A stretch of 64,000 nt of DNA, from contig JACPDA010000004.1 in the NCBI GenBank assembly GCA_016184225.1, positions 474,763 to 538,762 on the forward strand, in the 5' to 3' direction. Below the pieces are notes generated by a model. The model was not told where the DNA came from. It worked only from the letters and a program-made list of their open reading frames with translations, and ran no database searches. A program made the position numbers and the translations under genes. The DNA is from Candidatus Daviesbacteria bacterium. GTDB taxonomy: Bacteria > Patescibacteriota > Microgenomatia > Daviesbacterales > UBA10151. Position 1 is the stretch's first letter. The number at the start of each line of letters is the position of its first letter. Positions 1 to 10,490 of this stretch are shown here, piece by piece.

Positions 1-2
1 AT

Positions 3-320
3 ATGGAGAAGATGGCCAAAAAACAGGTTATTGCGGTAACACCGATCGGCGAGCATTACCATCAGCTTGAGGACGGAAATATCTGGCAGCTGCATTTATG
101 TGCTTTTACCCCGGAGGATTTTGAAGCACGGGGTTATAAAATAAAAAAATACGGCTGGAAATGGCTGCTCGGCGATCACGGCATTGCCCATACTATAACA
201 AATGATCTGGTGAGAAAAGTGTTGTATGTTTTTAACTTCTTTGCAACACCAATTTACTATTATTTCCAGGGCAGCTGTGACTATATTTTTGTCGCCTACA
301 AGGATATGAATGAGAAGTAG
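3..320 (+). CDS. hypothetical protein (possibly 5' truncated at window edge)
   Basis: 105-aa ORF with no recognisable motif; ATG at nt 3 so the upstream extent is unknown. Ends 10 nt into the next gene. Confidence 0.35.
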   Translation: MEKMAKKQVIAVTPIGEHYHQLEDGNIWQLHLCAFTPEDFEARGYKIKKYGWKWLLGDHGIAHTITNDLVRKVLYVFNFFATPIYYYFQGSCDYIFVAYKDMNEK

Positions 321-3300
321 AGGGAATCTTTTAGCGCCAATCCTTTTTGCCGTTATTGCAGCAATTCTTGTCCTCTCCTGGTTTAGGGAGGGTTTTTTGT
401 ACGGCGGAGGCGACGTTGGTATTCCTTCCTATGATCCTAAAAGAATCCTTGACATTGTAAGGTTTGTCTGGTGGTCGTATTCAGCGCCGGGTACAACTGT
501 GCCACAGGGTTTGACTTCGGTTCCTTTCCAATTTGCACAATCCCTACTGGCCGGTTTGGGAATCCCCTATGTATATATCCAGGCGATTTTTTTCGGGATG
601 ATTATTTTCTTAATGGGTTATGGGATGAATTTGCTGGCCGGGACAATTTTTGGAAGAGAGAAAAAAGGTCTGGCCATACTGGCAGGACTTTTTTATCAGT
701 TTAATCCTTATATGATGATCGAAGTCTGGCACAGATTTATCCATAATACCTTTTTTCTGGCGGCTGCCCTGCCTTTTATTTTTATTTTTTGGACCAAATG
801 GATAAGAAACGGGCGGTATAGTTCACTTTTTACATTCCTTCTAATCAGTTTTTTAAGCTCTTATATGTTCGGGACATTAGCTTTTATTGCTGTGATTCTT
901 GTTATTTTGGCATGGATAGCGGTAGTAGAAATTTTGCTGCCCTGGAAGAATTTTACAAATTTTAAAAAGATCTCTACCCGATTCTTTTTTGGAGGGATTT
1001 TTTGGTTCTTAATTCAGGCATGGTGGATGCTCCCCTCTTTTGGGATTGCCCCGGCTCTTCTCTCTGCGCAGCATTCTATAGAAGGTAGCCTTTCAACACT
1101 TCTTTCGATATCCGAACAAACGATTATCCCATACAGCATCTTCGGCATCAATCCTTTCTATTTATATAGCAATGCTGATTTTGGGTCTTCTTATAACTTT
1201 ACATATTTGCGGTTGATTCCTTTTTTTGCTTTACTCTTTCTGATACCCGGTTTTATTAAATCCCTTATGAACAGGACATTATCAGCGTGGGGTCTACTTT
1301 TTATTTTGGGAATTTTTCTGGCAAAAGGCGCAGCTGCTCCTTTTGGCAATGCTTATCTTTTTGGCTTCAGCAATATTTTTTTGCTTGGGGTGCTCAGAAA
1401 TCCTTTTGAGAAGATGGGAATCCTGATTCCCTTTTCAGGTGCAATTTTGTTTTCTTTAGGTGTTAATTTCTATTTCCAAAATCCAAGATTAAGAAAGAAA
1501 AAGTACCTTGTTACCTTAGGAATTATCATTATTCTTACTTTGCTTTTTGGTGTATTTCAATGGCCGGTATGGGCAGGAAAATTGTTTGGCACCTCTCAAA
1601 AACCTGCCTATGTCCAAGTACCGACTACTTATATTGAAACGGATGAATATATCAGGAAGCAGAAAAAAAACGGCAATATTTTGCATTTGCCTTTAACTAC
1701 CGGCGAAGCAGCCACATATTACTGGGAGCATGGATTTAGCGGAGTTGAATCTTCACAGCTTTACTTTAATTCACTTCCTTCTATTTCCAGGGGATTTAAT
1801 ATCGGGTATGTAGATGATGCCTTGTCAGCCCTGTCAACTATATTTAGTCTGCCTGAAGCAAACGATAGCCGGATTATTGATTTGCTTAGGGCATTTAATG
1901 TCCGTTTTATTATTTTACACAAAGATATGGAATGGCGCGGAGGGTTACTGACTAATCCTGATGTTTTGGAGAGCACGCTAAACTCAAAAAATTTTCTTAA
2001 AAGGGAAAAAACTTTTGGGGCCCTCACAGTCTATCAACTGGATGAGAATAACTTTGCTCCCAAGCTCCGCCTTTCCCAGAGTATTCAATATATTAATCCG
2101 GGAAAAGAAAATTCATATTGGCCATGGCTTCTTAAGCAAGATTCGGGAGATCTTGTGAATCCTGCTGACAAAAAAACCGACAGCAATTTAACCAGTCAAA
2201 GCACAGGGTTGCTTGTTTTACCAGAGGTTGCATATTCTTATTCTGACCGCTCAGTTTCCACTAAGGATGCAATAGAAGTACTCGCGGTAACAAAAATTTT
2301 ACCAGATTCACCGCTGTATTTTCTTGTTTCAGCTAAAGAGAATATTAAACTTTTCAGCATGAATCAAACCGAGAAGTTTCAATACAGGATTACTTTAGCC
2401 GGTAAGAGACTGGCTGAAAGCTTCAGAATTAGAGAGAAAAAAATAGGTGCTAATATTGTGCCGCTCCTTCAAAGCTACCAGAAATCCTTGGTTCAATTGG
2501 GAGGACTTGAGGGAGGCGAACACTCTCTTGGTGCCATATTTGCCCGTCATATTTCCGTTTTGGATTATTTGATTTCAACTCTTGAAGGTAAAGAAAAAGA
2601 AGAGGCAATTGACAGCAAAAGAATGCTGACTGCCAAGATGAAGCTTGCCAATTTATTACCTGATTTTGAGATAAAAGAAAACCATGATTTACCTAAAACA
2701 AATCGGTTGATTTCTGCCTTCTTAGTTCCTTATGCAGGCACCTTTGAAGTTTTAATGGCTTTACAGAACGGGAGAAATCTTTATAAGGACGGTTTAATGA
2801 AAATTAATCTGCAGATTGATAATTCTGTCGTTAGTTTACCTGCTTCGCTTAAAGGATCTTTTATATCTTATGGCTATTTGGATTTAACGGCAGGATTGCA
2901 TGAACTAGGTTTTTATTCCGCTCTTTCAGAAAATATGTTTACTGATGCAGGCTTAGAGAAGGAGTTTGAACTTGTATCCCAAAAAGATAAGTCTTCTTTC
3001 TGGGATTTCGAGTTAGAACCAGTCACGGGTGGCGGATGGTATGAGCTTTCTTTTGAATCCTGGATTAAAGCCGGAGATAAGTTTAAAGTTCAACTGATTC
3101 AGGATTCAGATCCCCCTGACGACAGTAATGACGGCAGGTATATGTCCTTTAATAAAAAGTTCAGAAAGAATCCGCAGAAGAATGATTGGAAACGGTATGT
3201 AGAGAATATCAACATTAGACCCTCGACTACAAAAGCAAAAGTCCGTTTTCTCGTTGAATCGCAAGGCAAAACGTCTTTTAAGAATATAGAAATGAAAAGA

Positions 3301-3681
3301 GTGCTTAGAAACCCGCTTTTTCTAAAAACCGCTCTTAAGCAAGGTAAAGCAGAGGAGGGGGCTTTGGAATTTAAGCAAATAAGTCCTGTTCTTTATACCG
3401 GAAGAATCAGTACAATGGGTTCAAAGTTTTTAATATTTGCACAATCTTTTCATCCCGGGTGGGAATTAAAGCTTAATGACGGGACGAAAGAGATAACGCT
3501 TTCACCGAAATACATGGCTAATCTTTATAGCAATGCCTGGTATATTGAAAAGGGTGGGGATTATACTTTTACCCTGGAATTCATTCCGCAAAGGCTGGTT
3601 AAAACTGGAATTATAATTAGTCTGGCAGGTTGGTCGGTAGTTTGTGTGCTTTCGCTTTGGCAGAGATTCAGGAAAGCCTGA
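310..3681 (+). CDS. giant polytopic membrane protein, YfhO-like GT-C-type glycosyltransferase candidate (paralog 1)
   Basis: 1123 aa. N-terminal ~450 aa has many hydrophobic helices, with the N-terminal motif SWFREGFLYGGGDVG and the motif VLRNPFEK. C-terminus is FHPGWELKLNDG...NAWYIEKGGDYTFTLEFIPQRLV followed by a final TM helix, as I remember for YfhO-family C-termini. Paralogous to 4026-7310 and 7838-10438. Confidence 0.6.
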   Translation: MRSRGNLLAPILFAVIAAILVLSWFREGFLYGGGDVGIPSYDPKRILDIVRFVWWSYSAPGTTVPQGLTSVPFQFAQSLLAGLGIPYVYIQAIFFGMIIFLMGYGMNLLAGTIFGREKKGLAILAGLFYQFNPYMMIEVWHRFIHNTFFLAAALPFIFIFWTKWIRNGRYSSLFTFLLISFLSSYMFGTLAFIAVILVILAWIAVVEILLPWKNFTNFKKISTRFFFGGIFWFLIQAWWMLPSFGIAPALLSAQHSIEGSLSTLLSISEQTIIPYSIFGINPFYLYSNADFGSSYNFTYLRLIPFFALLFLIPGFIKSLMNRTLSAWGLLFILGIFLAKGAAAPFGNAYLFGFSNIFLLGVLRNPFEKMGILIPFSGAILFSLGVNFYFQNPRLRKKKYLVTLGIIIILTLLFGVFQWPVWAGKLFGTSQKPAYVQVPTTYIETDEYIRKQKKNGNILHLPLTTGEAATYYWEHGFSGVESSQLYFNSLPSISRGFNIGYVDDALSALSTIFSLPEANDSRIIDLLRAFNVRFIILHKDMEWRGGLLTNPDVLESTLNSKNFLKREKTFGALTVYQLDENNFAPKLRLSQSIQYINPGKENSYWPWLLKQDSGDLVNPADKKTDSNLTSQSTGLLVLPEVAYSYSDRSVSTKDAIEVLAVTKILPDSPLYFLVSAKENIKLFSMNQTEKFQYRITLAGKRLAESFRIREKKIGANIVPLLQSYQKSLVQLGGLEGGEHSLGAIFARHISVLDYLISTLEGKEKEEAIDSKRMLTAKMKLANLLPDFEIKENHDLPKTNRLISAFLVPYAGTFEVLMALQNGRNLYKDGLMKINLQIDNSVVSLPASLKGSFISYGYLDLTAGLHELGFYSALSENMFTDAGLEKEFELVSQKDKSSFWDFELEPVTGGGWYELSFESWIKAGDKFKVQLIQDSDPPDDSNDGRYMSFNKKFRKNPQKNDWKRYVENINIRPSTTKAKVRFLVESQGKTSFKNIEMKRVLRNPLFLKTALKQGKAEEGALEFKQISPVLYTGRISTMGSKFLIFAQSFHPGWELKLNDGTKEITLSPKYMANLYSNAWYIEKGGDYTFTLEFIPQRLVKTGIIISLAGWSVVCVLSLWQRFRKA

Positions 3682-3690
3682 CAAGTCTAT

Positions 3691-4023
3691 ATGAAGAAGG
3701 TTCTGAAATTTTTCATCATTTTAATATTGGTTTTACCCTTCATTTTTTTCTTTCATACGGGATTTCTGGTTGGTTTTACCGTTCCCAGTTTTCAGGCAGC
3801 CCTTTTTTCGGCGGTATTCGCTTCAGCATTAGTCTGGCCAGTCCTGAAAAGGTATGTTTTTCTGCTTTCGGCTATTTTGATAGTGGGTATAGCTCCGTTT
3901 TATATATTTAATATAATGGATTGGGCTAATATGCTAGGTAGCATGGGAATTGGATTTGTTTTATTGTTAGTATTAAGTTACCTGCCGGATTTTATTAAAC
4001 GAGGCTACGTAGAAAAATTGTAG
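3691..4023 (+). CDS. small 4-TM membrane protein (GtrA-like size/topology; function unknown)
   Basis: 110 aa with four hydrophobic segments. C-terminal SYLPDFIK resembles the C-terminal LTYLPKL of 7307-7615. Sits 2 nt upstream of the second giant membrane protein. Confidence 0.5.
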   Translation: MKKVLKFFIILILVLPFIFFFHTGFLVGFTVPSFQAALFSAVFASALVWPVLKRYVFLLSAILIVGIAPFYIFNIMDWANMLGSMGIGFVLLLVLSYLPDFIKRGYVEKL

Positions 4024-4025
4024 TT

Positions 4026-7000
4026 ATGAAAAACTATGCAAAGTATTTACTTCTGTTTACTTTAATAAGCGGATTATTAATCTTCTCCTGGTTTAGGTAT
4101 GGTCATTTATATGGAGGCGGAGATGTCGGTCTGCAAACATATAATCCTCAAAGAATGTTAGAAAATGCAAGGTTTGTTTGGTGGGAATCTGCGGGGCCGG
4201 GGGCAGCTTTGCCTCAAGGTTTATCCGCAATTCCTTTCCAATTTGGCCTTTATCTTTTACAGATGGTAGGATTTTCGCCGGTGGCCATGCAGGCGATTCT
4301 GTTTTTTGTACTGCTGACTTTAATGGGCTTTGGCATGTATCTTTTTGTATCTGCGTTTTTTCCGGGCTCTAAAAAATATCCGCTGGTTGCCGGACTTTTT
4401 TATATGTTTAATCCTTACATGATGATCCAGGTGTGGCACAGGTTTATCCATACCACCATTATTTTTGCAGCCGCCTTGCCCTTTTTAGCTATATTCTGGA
4501 CTAAGTGGATTCAGGAAGGGAAGGCAAGACATCTTTTGTTTTTCCTGCTTACTACCTTTTTGTCTGTTTATGCTTTCGGTACGTATGCTTTTATCCTGGC
4601 AGTCTGGGTTTTTTTATTTCTTCTGACTATTGTTGCCATAGTCCCCTGGCAGGGAAGAGGCCGGGCGGCAAAAGCGGGCTTCCGTTTTTTGTTTGCCTTT
4701 ATAGTTTGGATTTTAATCAATGCCTGGTGGATGATTCCGGTCAGCCAAATCAGCCCGGCAGTTTTATCCGAGCAACATAAAACAGAAGAGTCGTTGATGA
4801 CTTTAATTACTATCAGCGCCCAGGAAATCCTGCCTTACAGTTTACAGCTTGTAAATCCTTTCTATCTTATCAACCAGGCTGATTTCGGCAATCTTTACAA
4901 AAATCCGCTTTTTGAGTTGATACCATGGGTATTTATCTTCGTTATTTTCCTGGGCGTTATAAATTCAATGAAACAAAGAACCTTTGCTTTGTATGGTATT
5001 TTTTATTTATTGGCACTTTTTTTAGCTAAGGGCGCGGCTCCTCCCTTTGGCAAATTATTCATCTTCGCCTTTACCAATATATTTGCTTTGGGAGTTTTAA
5101 GGAATCCTTTTGAGAAGACCGGCTTGATTTTAGTTTTCTTTTCGACGGTGATGTTTGCACTGGGTTTGAAGATATTGTCAGAGAAATTTGTCAGATCTAA
5201 TAAACTATTGGTTGCAGCGATTGTTTTTTTGCTCTTTGTTTTTTCCTGGCCGATGATCTTAGGTAAAGTAATAGGCAGGGTAGATGCGCCGGCTTTTGTT
5301 GAAGTGCCGGAAAGTTATAAAGAGGCAGATCAATGGTTTTTGGAGCAAAGAAAGACAGGTATCCTGGACGGTAAGATTCTACATCTACCCTTAACCGGCG
5401 AAGAATCGATTCAATATAATTGGAAATGGGGTTACAACGGCTTAGAGCCGTCAGACACCTTCTTTACTGCTTATCCTTCTATTTCCCGGGGGTTTAATAT
5501 TCAAAGAATTGATGATGCTTTAAGCGGCTTAGCAGCATCATTTCAAGAGGAAGTGAAAAGTGAGATAATTTTAGGGTATTTGCAGGATTTTAACGTCAGG
5601 TTTATTGTTTTACATAAGGATGTAAACCAGGCAGGAGGAAATTTAGCCAATCCGGAAGATATAGAACAACTTCTTAATAATCTGGATTTCCTGGAAAGAC
5701 AACCGCAGTTCCAGGATTTAGTTATTTTCAAGTTAAAGGATCAATACTTTAGCCCGCGGATTACTATTGAGCATAATATTGATTTACTTTATCCCGGAAA
5801 GGAGAAACTTTCCCTTTGGACGGCGCTGGTTAAAGATCCAACTACCAAATATATCAGCTTAGTTAATAATAAAGACTTAGAAGTGCCTGAAATTAGCGGA
5901 TACAACCAGACGTTTATTTTTCCGAAGGGATCTTTCTTGTATGGAATATCTTCAGACAGCGTTTCTCCTCTTGAACGCTTAAAAAGTTCAGGGCCCTTTT
6001 TTAATCAAACCGGCATGATACAAAGCCTGAATCTCTCGGAAAAAATACTTGCCCTCTCGGCAACTCTTTTAAGCATATCGACAAATCCATCAGGAGATAT
6101 TAGTTCTTTAATGGATGACTATGACAAACAGCTAATGCAAATTCTTCCTAGAGGCATAGAGATTAACCGGTTCCAAATTAGCGGCCAGGAATCACTTTTG
6201 TCAGGCATCTTCAGAATTCATCTGAATACCCTGCAGGTTTTGATTCAACAACCGTCCTTTAATGAGAGCAACAGACAGAAAATTTCTGAAGTCAAAGAGA
6301 AATTGGAAAAATATCTGGTGAACTTAAATATAGCGCCGAAATACAATAATCAAACCGCAGAAGAAAGACAGGTTTTCAAGTTTCAACTTCCGGTTAAGAG
6401 TAACTACGAATTGTTAATGGTTAAACCCGAGACTGCTTCTTTGTTCCCGGACAAACTTGAAAAAAAAGAATTCTTTATAGAAAACGACCGTACTGTATTA
6501 AACGCTTCTGCTTCTCAAAATACAATGAATTTCGGGATGCTGGATTTAGAGGCAGGGGAATTTGAGGTCAGTTATCCGGTCGTATTTTCCGGTAATCTTG
6601 CTTCAGCTACCACCTATACTCTTGAATCCCCATATATTGAGGTGCCTTTAGCAAATATCCGGCCATCGGGAGCATATCGATTTTCCGGCCAGGTCAGGGT
6701 GCAAGGAGATTCCGGATTTTATATTTTATTGTATGAAAACCAAAACCCGCAGCCCAGTTTAAAGGAATTTCTACAGGCTAATCCTTTAGCGGGCTGGCAA
6801 ACATTCCAGCTGAATTTTGAGTCTAAACCTACCACAAAATCTGCCAAGCTGGTTATTGCCGGGGCTCAAAACAGTTTACAATCTAAGGTGTTCTTTAATG
6901 ATATAAAAGTACAGGAAGTTTTAAGAAATACTGTTTTTCTAAAGGGCAGTAGAGGTGAAAGTGTACCTGAGCCAACAGGAGAATCCGTCCGGTTTAGCAG

Positions 7001-7310
7001 ATTAAGTCCGGTTAGTTTCAAAGGAGAGATGCAGATATTAAGCCCCGGCTTTTTATTTTTCAAGGAAACGTTTCATCCGGGTTGGAAGTTGACCCTCAAG
7101 AATAAAGATGAGAGTAAAGTCATGCAAAAACATTTCTTAGGTAACCTGTACGCAAATGCCTGGTATATTGACCAGGCCGGTGAATATGAGTTTAAAATGG
7201 ATTTTGAGCCGCAAAGATATGTTTCTCTGGGAGTCTTGTTAACCGGTGTTGGATTTGCAGCAATAGCCGGTTATTGGCTATTAGGCAAAAACTTAAAAGT
7301 AAAAAAATGA
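4026..7310 (+). CDS. giant polytopic membrane protein, YfhO-like GT-C-type glycosyltransferase candidate (paralog 2)
   Basis: 1094 aa. Shares SWFRYGHLYGGGDVG, MFNPYMMIQVWHRFIH, GVLRNPFEKTG and the C-terminal FHPGWKLTLKN...NAWYIDQAGEYEFKMDFEPQRYV motif with paralog 1. Confidence 0.6.
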   Translation: MKNYAKYLLLFTLISGLLIFSWFRYGHLYGGGDVGLQTYNPQRMLENARFVWWESAGPGAALPQGLSAIPFQFGLYLLQMVGFSPVAMQAILFFVLLTLMGFGMYLFVSAFFPGSKKYPLVAGLFYMFNPYMMIQVWHRFIHTTIIFAAALPFLAIFWTKWIQEGKARHLLFFLLTTFLSVYAFGTYAFILAVWVFLFLLTIVAIVPWQGRGRAAKAGFRFLFAFIVWILINAWWMIPVSQISPAVLSEQHKTEESLMTLITISAQEILPYSLQLVNPFYLINQADFGNLYKNPLFELIPWVFIFVIFLGVINSMKQRTFALYGIFYLLALFLAKGAAPPFGKLFIFAFTNIFALGVLRNPFEKTGLILVFFSTVMFALGLKILSEKFVRSNKLLVAAIVFLLFVFSWPMILGKVIGRVDAPAFVEVPESYKEADQWFLEQRKTGILDGKILHLPLTGEESIQYNWKWGYNGLEPSDTFFTAYPSISRGFNIQRIDDALSGLAASFQEEVKSEIILGYLQDFNVRFIVLHKDVNQAGGNLANPEDIEQLLNNLDFLERQPQFQDLVIFKLKDQYFSPRITIEHNIDLLYPGKEKLSLWTALVKDPTTKYISLVNNKDLEVPEISGYNQTFIFPKGSFLYGISSDSVSPLERLKSSGPFFNQTGMIQSLNLSEKILALSATLLSISTNPSGDISSLMDDYDKQLMQILPRGIEINRFQISGQESLLSGIFRIHLNTLQVLIQQPSFNESNRQKISEVKEKLEKYLVNLNIAPKYNNQTAEERQVFKFQLPVKSNYELLMVKPETASLFPDKLEKKEFFIENDRTVLNASASQNTMNFGMLDLEAGEFEVSYPVVFSGNLASATTYTLESPYIEVPLANIRPSGAYRFSGQVRVQGDSGFYILLYENQNPQPSLKEFLQANPLAGWQTFQLNFESKPTTKSAKLVIAGAQNSLQSKVFFNDIKVQEVLRNTVFLKGSRGESVPEPTGESVRFSRLSPVSFKGEMQILSPGFLFFKETFHPGWKLTLKNKDESKVMQKHFLGNLYANAWYIDQAGEYEFKMDFEPQRYVSLGVLLTGVGFAAIAGYWLLGKNLKVKK

Positions 7311-7615
7311 CTAAAAAGATAATATTCATGTTAATAATTTTTGTCAGCTCTTTCCTTATATTTAATCTGGTGGAATTTGAGTTGCTTAACCAATCTATGA
7401 ATAAATATTTTCAATCATTGATTTTTAGCACGGTTTTGATCATTTCAATTTTTCAACCCAAACTTAGAACGAGATTATTTTATGTATTCTTTTTCCTTTT
7501 ATTTGCGGCAGCATTACTTTATTCTCTGGGCCAGTTATCCCTGTCAAACTCCCTGGCCAGTATAGCTGTCGGCATGGTAACCATTGTTTCCCTGACTTAT
7601 TTACCTAAACTATGA
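7307..7615 (+). CDS. small 4-TM membrane protein, paralog of 3691-4023
   Basis: ORF track begins at 7274, but the internal ATG at 7307 gives an ATGA overlap with the stop of the upstream gene (MTKKIIFMLIIF...). Four hydrophobic segments; C-terminal LTYLPKL. Confidence 0.5.
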   Translation: MTKKIIFMLIIFVSSFLIFNLVEFELLNQSMNKYFQSLIFSTVLIISIFQPKLRTRLFYVFFFLLFAAALLYSLGQLSLSNSLASIAVGMVTIVSLTYLPKL

Positions 7616-7837
7616 CTGCTTTCCCCAAATTTTCTTTAGCCTTGTTGTTTGTATCGCTTTTGCTGATGCTTACAAATCATCAGGGGGCAGCGCAAACAGT
7701 ACTTCAAATATTTTTCTGGGTAATAGTAATTAATGTTTTCTTATATATCTATAGCTTAAGGAGATAATACGATCAAGTTCTTAATCTTTGTTTTAATTTT
7801 TTTAAGTTTCTGGATCTTCTGGCTGCCGGGACCGCGG

Positions 7838-10438
7838 GTGGCAGCGGATTTCCACCTGGCGGAAAAGTCGGTCCAACTGACAAATCTTTTCCCCTGGGTT
7901 TGGAGAGAGACAGGAGTAGCAGATGGCTTGGGTGAGTATTATCCACTTTCTTTATGGGCTCAGCCCTTACATACATTTTTTGGTCTCCTGGCACTTGGTA
8001 CTATTCCGTTTGAAATCCAGGCAAAAATATTCGGGCTAGTAATTTTAATCTTAGGGTTTTGGGGAATATGGAGATTACTGGATAAGTTTGACCTTGATAA
8101 TGCTGCTAAAAGTGTGGGAAGTATATTTTTCTTATTGAACAGCTTTTTCTTATTACTCTTTGACGGAGGACAACTATCTTTAGCCTTGGCATATGGAATT
8201 TTACCAACGGTTATTCTTTACTTCTTAAAGATTACGGAAACAGATTTATGGAGGGATAAATTTAAGTTGGCTTTTTGGACATTAATTTTATCCATAGCCG
8301 ATATCCGCATTATTTATTTAAGCTTATTAATTGTTTTTATTTTTATTGCTTTCAGGATCCTTACAGGTTTGAAAAGCCCTTTAATCTTTTTTAGAAGATT
8401 ACTATTAGGTTTTAGTATTACCTCTATAGTTTTGATCGGTTTTCATATGTATTGGTTATTACCTACTTTAATCTCCAAACAAATACAGCTTCCTCAGACT
8501 TATGAAAGAACTTCTCAAGTTACTTTTTTAAGCTTTTCCTCTTTGTCCCACTCGCTATTGTTACAACAGCCTCACTGGCCACAAAACGTTTTTGGCCGGT
8601 TAGCCAGTCCCAGGCCTGAATTTGTATTTATTCCGTTGTTAGCATTTTCGGTGCTGATCTTAGCAAAAAGAAATACCACGGTAGCTTTTTGGTTACTAAT
8701 TTCTATTATTAGTATTTTTCTTAGTAAAGGATCTAATGAACCCTTTGGGCAAATGTACTCTTTTCTATTTACCTACGTGCCTGGATTTTCGCTGTTTAGG
8801 GATCCTTCCAAATTTTATTTTCTGACTAGTCTTTCTTATAGTATTCTGCTTGCTTTTTTAGTCCAAGCATTATCAAAAGTCAAGTTCCTTCCAGTCCTAT
8901 TTATTTTATACTTTATTTTTTTGGCAAGGCCTGTATTTTTAGGTCAAATGAGCGGTTTATTTTCCTTTCCTCTTTTTCAAAAAGAATTCGATAGTCTTGC
9001 CGAAAAAATTAAAAATGATGTAAATTTTTCAAGAGTGTTTTGGATACCTGCGACTGCACCAATGGGTTATACCAGTACTTCCCACCCTACGGCTCCTGCC
9101 AACAGGCTTTCGCAAAAGCGGCCTTTTGCTGTGGGAACAAAAGGCACATATGAAACGTTCAATTTTTTAAGAGAGGCTCCTTATATGGGGCAGATTTTCG
9201 ATGTAGCGGGGATTGATTATATTGTTTATCCATATTTGGATCCAAGAAGAGATAATATGCATAAGGATAATATTAGATACTTTTATACTTTTTTGGACCA
9301 ATTATCAAATCGACCCTGGTTATCTAAGATAGAAAATTCTCCAATTCCGCTGCTTAAAACAAAACAACATCAGGAAAAATTCTTTATTACTCCGGATGTA
9401 TGGTGGGTGATTGGGTCGGACAGTATCTATAATGAGGCAACAAAGTCTGCCCAACTTAAATTGTCTAAAAATGCTTTAATCTTTGCTGAAGAGAAAGCAG
9501 GGTTAGGGAGAAGAATTGATGAAATTCCGGAAGCTAAAATTATACTTAACAATAAAACAGGTTTAGATTTAACTGCGAGTTTTATAGATTCAACCCATTT
9601 AGTTTTTCCTGCTAAGAGTTTGGGGTTTGGACCTGACCAATCAGGCTGGTGGAAAAGGGAAACAGCTGATTTGGTTTGGTGGAGGAGCTTTTTGCAGGAA
9701 AAATACGGAATTGACAATCAGGATTTTGATTTAGGGGGAGGGTGGGCAATAGGGGAGGGAAATTTGAAATTTGCTCTGCCGATGGCAGTTTCTTTTGAAA
9801 CAATTAGAAATTTGAAATTAGAGAAAAATAAGGTTTTACTTGCGAGGGTGATGGAGAGCTCAAGGAGCGGAAGTCTTAAATTCTATCAGGATAACCAGTT
9901 AGTTGGAGAATTGTTAACCAAAATTGACGGTGAGACTAATGTCAGGTGGTTTGAAGTAGGTGAGTTAAGCTCTGACAAGGAATTAGAGATTATCTCAGAG
10001 GGAGATATTAATGTGGTGAATGTTTTAGCAGTTTTAGATAAAGACAAATGGATTACTTATCAGACTAGGGCTGGACAACTCAAGGGAAGAATTGTGAATT
10101 TTGATGAAAAAAATGCATTAAGAGATACCAGTCCAGAAGTTACTTATAAAAAAATAAATCCCACGAAATACAAAGTTAAAATTGAAGGCTTAACCGCTCC
10201 GTCACTGTTGATTTTCTCCCAGAATTATGATCAACTTTGGAAGATGAATAACCAGACTCCCCTGCCGGTGTACAGTTTACTGAATGGGTTTAGAGTTGAG
10301 AAAGACGGAGAGTATATTGTTGAATTTAAGCCGCAAAAATATGTTTATCCCGGTTTAGTTATTAGTGGAATAACAGTAACGGTTTTACTGGTACTCTTAA
10401 TAAGATTGCCACCCTTCAACAAGCTCAGGGTAAACTAG
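7838..10438 (+). CDS. giant polytopic membrane protein, YfhO-like paralog 3 (start uncertain; may begin at 7772)
   Basis: 866 aa from a GTG at 7838. Shares the motifs LSKGSNEPFG...FRDPSKF and a C-terminal ...GFRVEKDGEYIVEFKPQKYVYPG... plus terminal TM with paralogs 1 and 2. The in-frame upstream sequence encodes a TM helix with no ATG (see findings). Confidence 0.55.
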   Translation: MAADFHLAEKSVQLTNLFPWVWRETGVADGLGEYYPLSLWAQPLHTFFGLLALGTIPFEIQAKIFGLVILILGFWGIWRLLDKFDLDNAAKSVGSIFFLLNSFFLLLFDGGQLSLALAYGILPTVILYFLKITETDLWRDKFKLAFWTLILSIADIRIIYLSLLIVFIFIAFRILTGLKSPLIFFRRLLLGFSITSIVLIGFHMYWLLPTLISKQIQLPQTYERTSQVTFLSFSSLSHSLLLQQPHWPQNVFGRLASPRPEFVFIPLLAFSVLILAKRNTTVAFWLLISIISIFLSKGSNEPFGQMYSFLFTYVPGFSLFRDPSKFYFLTSLSYSILLAFLVQALSKVKFLPVLFILYFIFLARPVFLGQMSGLFSFPLFQKEFDSLAEKIKNDVNFSRVFWIPATAPMGYTSTSHPTAPANRLSQKRPFAVGTKGTYETFNFLREAPYMGQIFDVAGIDYIVYPYLDPRRDNMHKDNIRYFYTFLDQLSNRPWLSKIENSPIPLLKTKQHQEKFFITPDVWWVIGSDSIYNEATKSAQLKLSKNALIFAEEKAGLGRRIDEIPEAKIILNNKTGLDLTASFIDSTHLVFPAKSLGFGPDQSGWWKRETADLVWWRSFLQEKYGIDNQDFDLGGGWAIGEGNLKFALPMAVSFETIRNLKLEKNKVLLARVMESSRSGSLKFYQDNQLVGELLTKIDGETNVRWFEVGELSSDKELEIISEGDINVVNVLAVLDKDKWITYQTRAGQLKGRIVNFDEKNALRDTSPEVTYKKINPTKYKVKIEGLTAPSLLIFSQNYDQLWKMNNQTPLPVYSLLNGFRVEKDGEYIVEFKPQKYVYPGLVISGITVTVLLVLLIRLPPFNKLRVN

Positions 10439-10478
10439 CTCGCAGACTCGCTCCTCGCAATGACAGGTAGAATTTAGC

Positions 10479-10484
10479 TATAAT
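10479..10484 (+). promoter_or_regulatory. perfect TATAAT -10 box 6 nt upstream of the Wzx ATG (leaderless-type arrangement)
   Basis: TATAAT-gacaat-ATG, with no SD. Confidence 0.4.
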
Positions 10485-10490
10485 GACAAT

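Noticed and set aside
471-704. Short ORFs nested inside the large genes (e.g. 471-704, 1761-2027, 4178-4372, 4505-4780, 5543-5731, 6866-7063 and similar throughout)
   Set aside because: All lie inside, or antisense to, much longer ORFs with clear protein-family signatures. They are low-complexity translations typical of alternative frames in AT-rich DNA.
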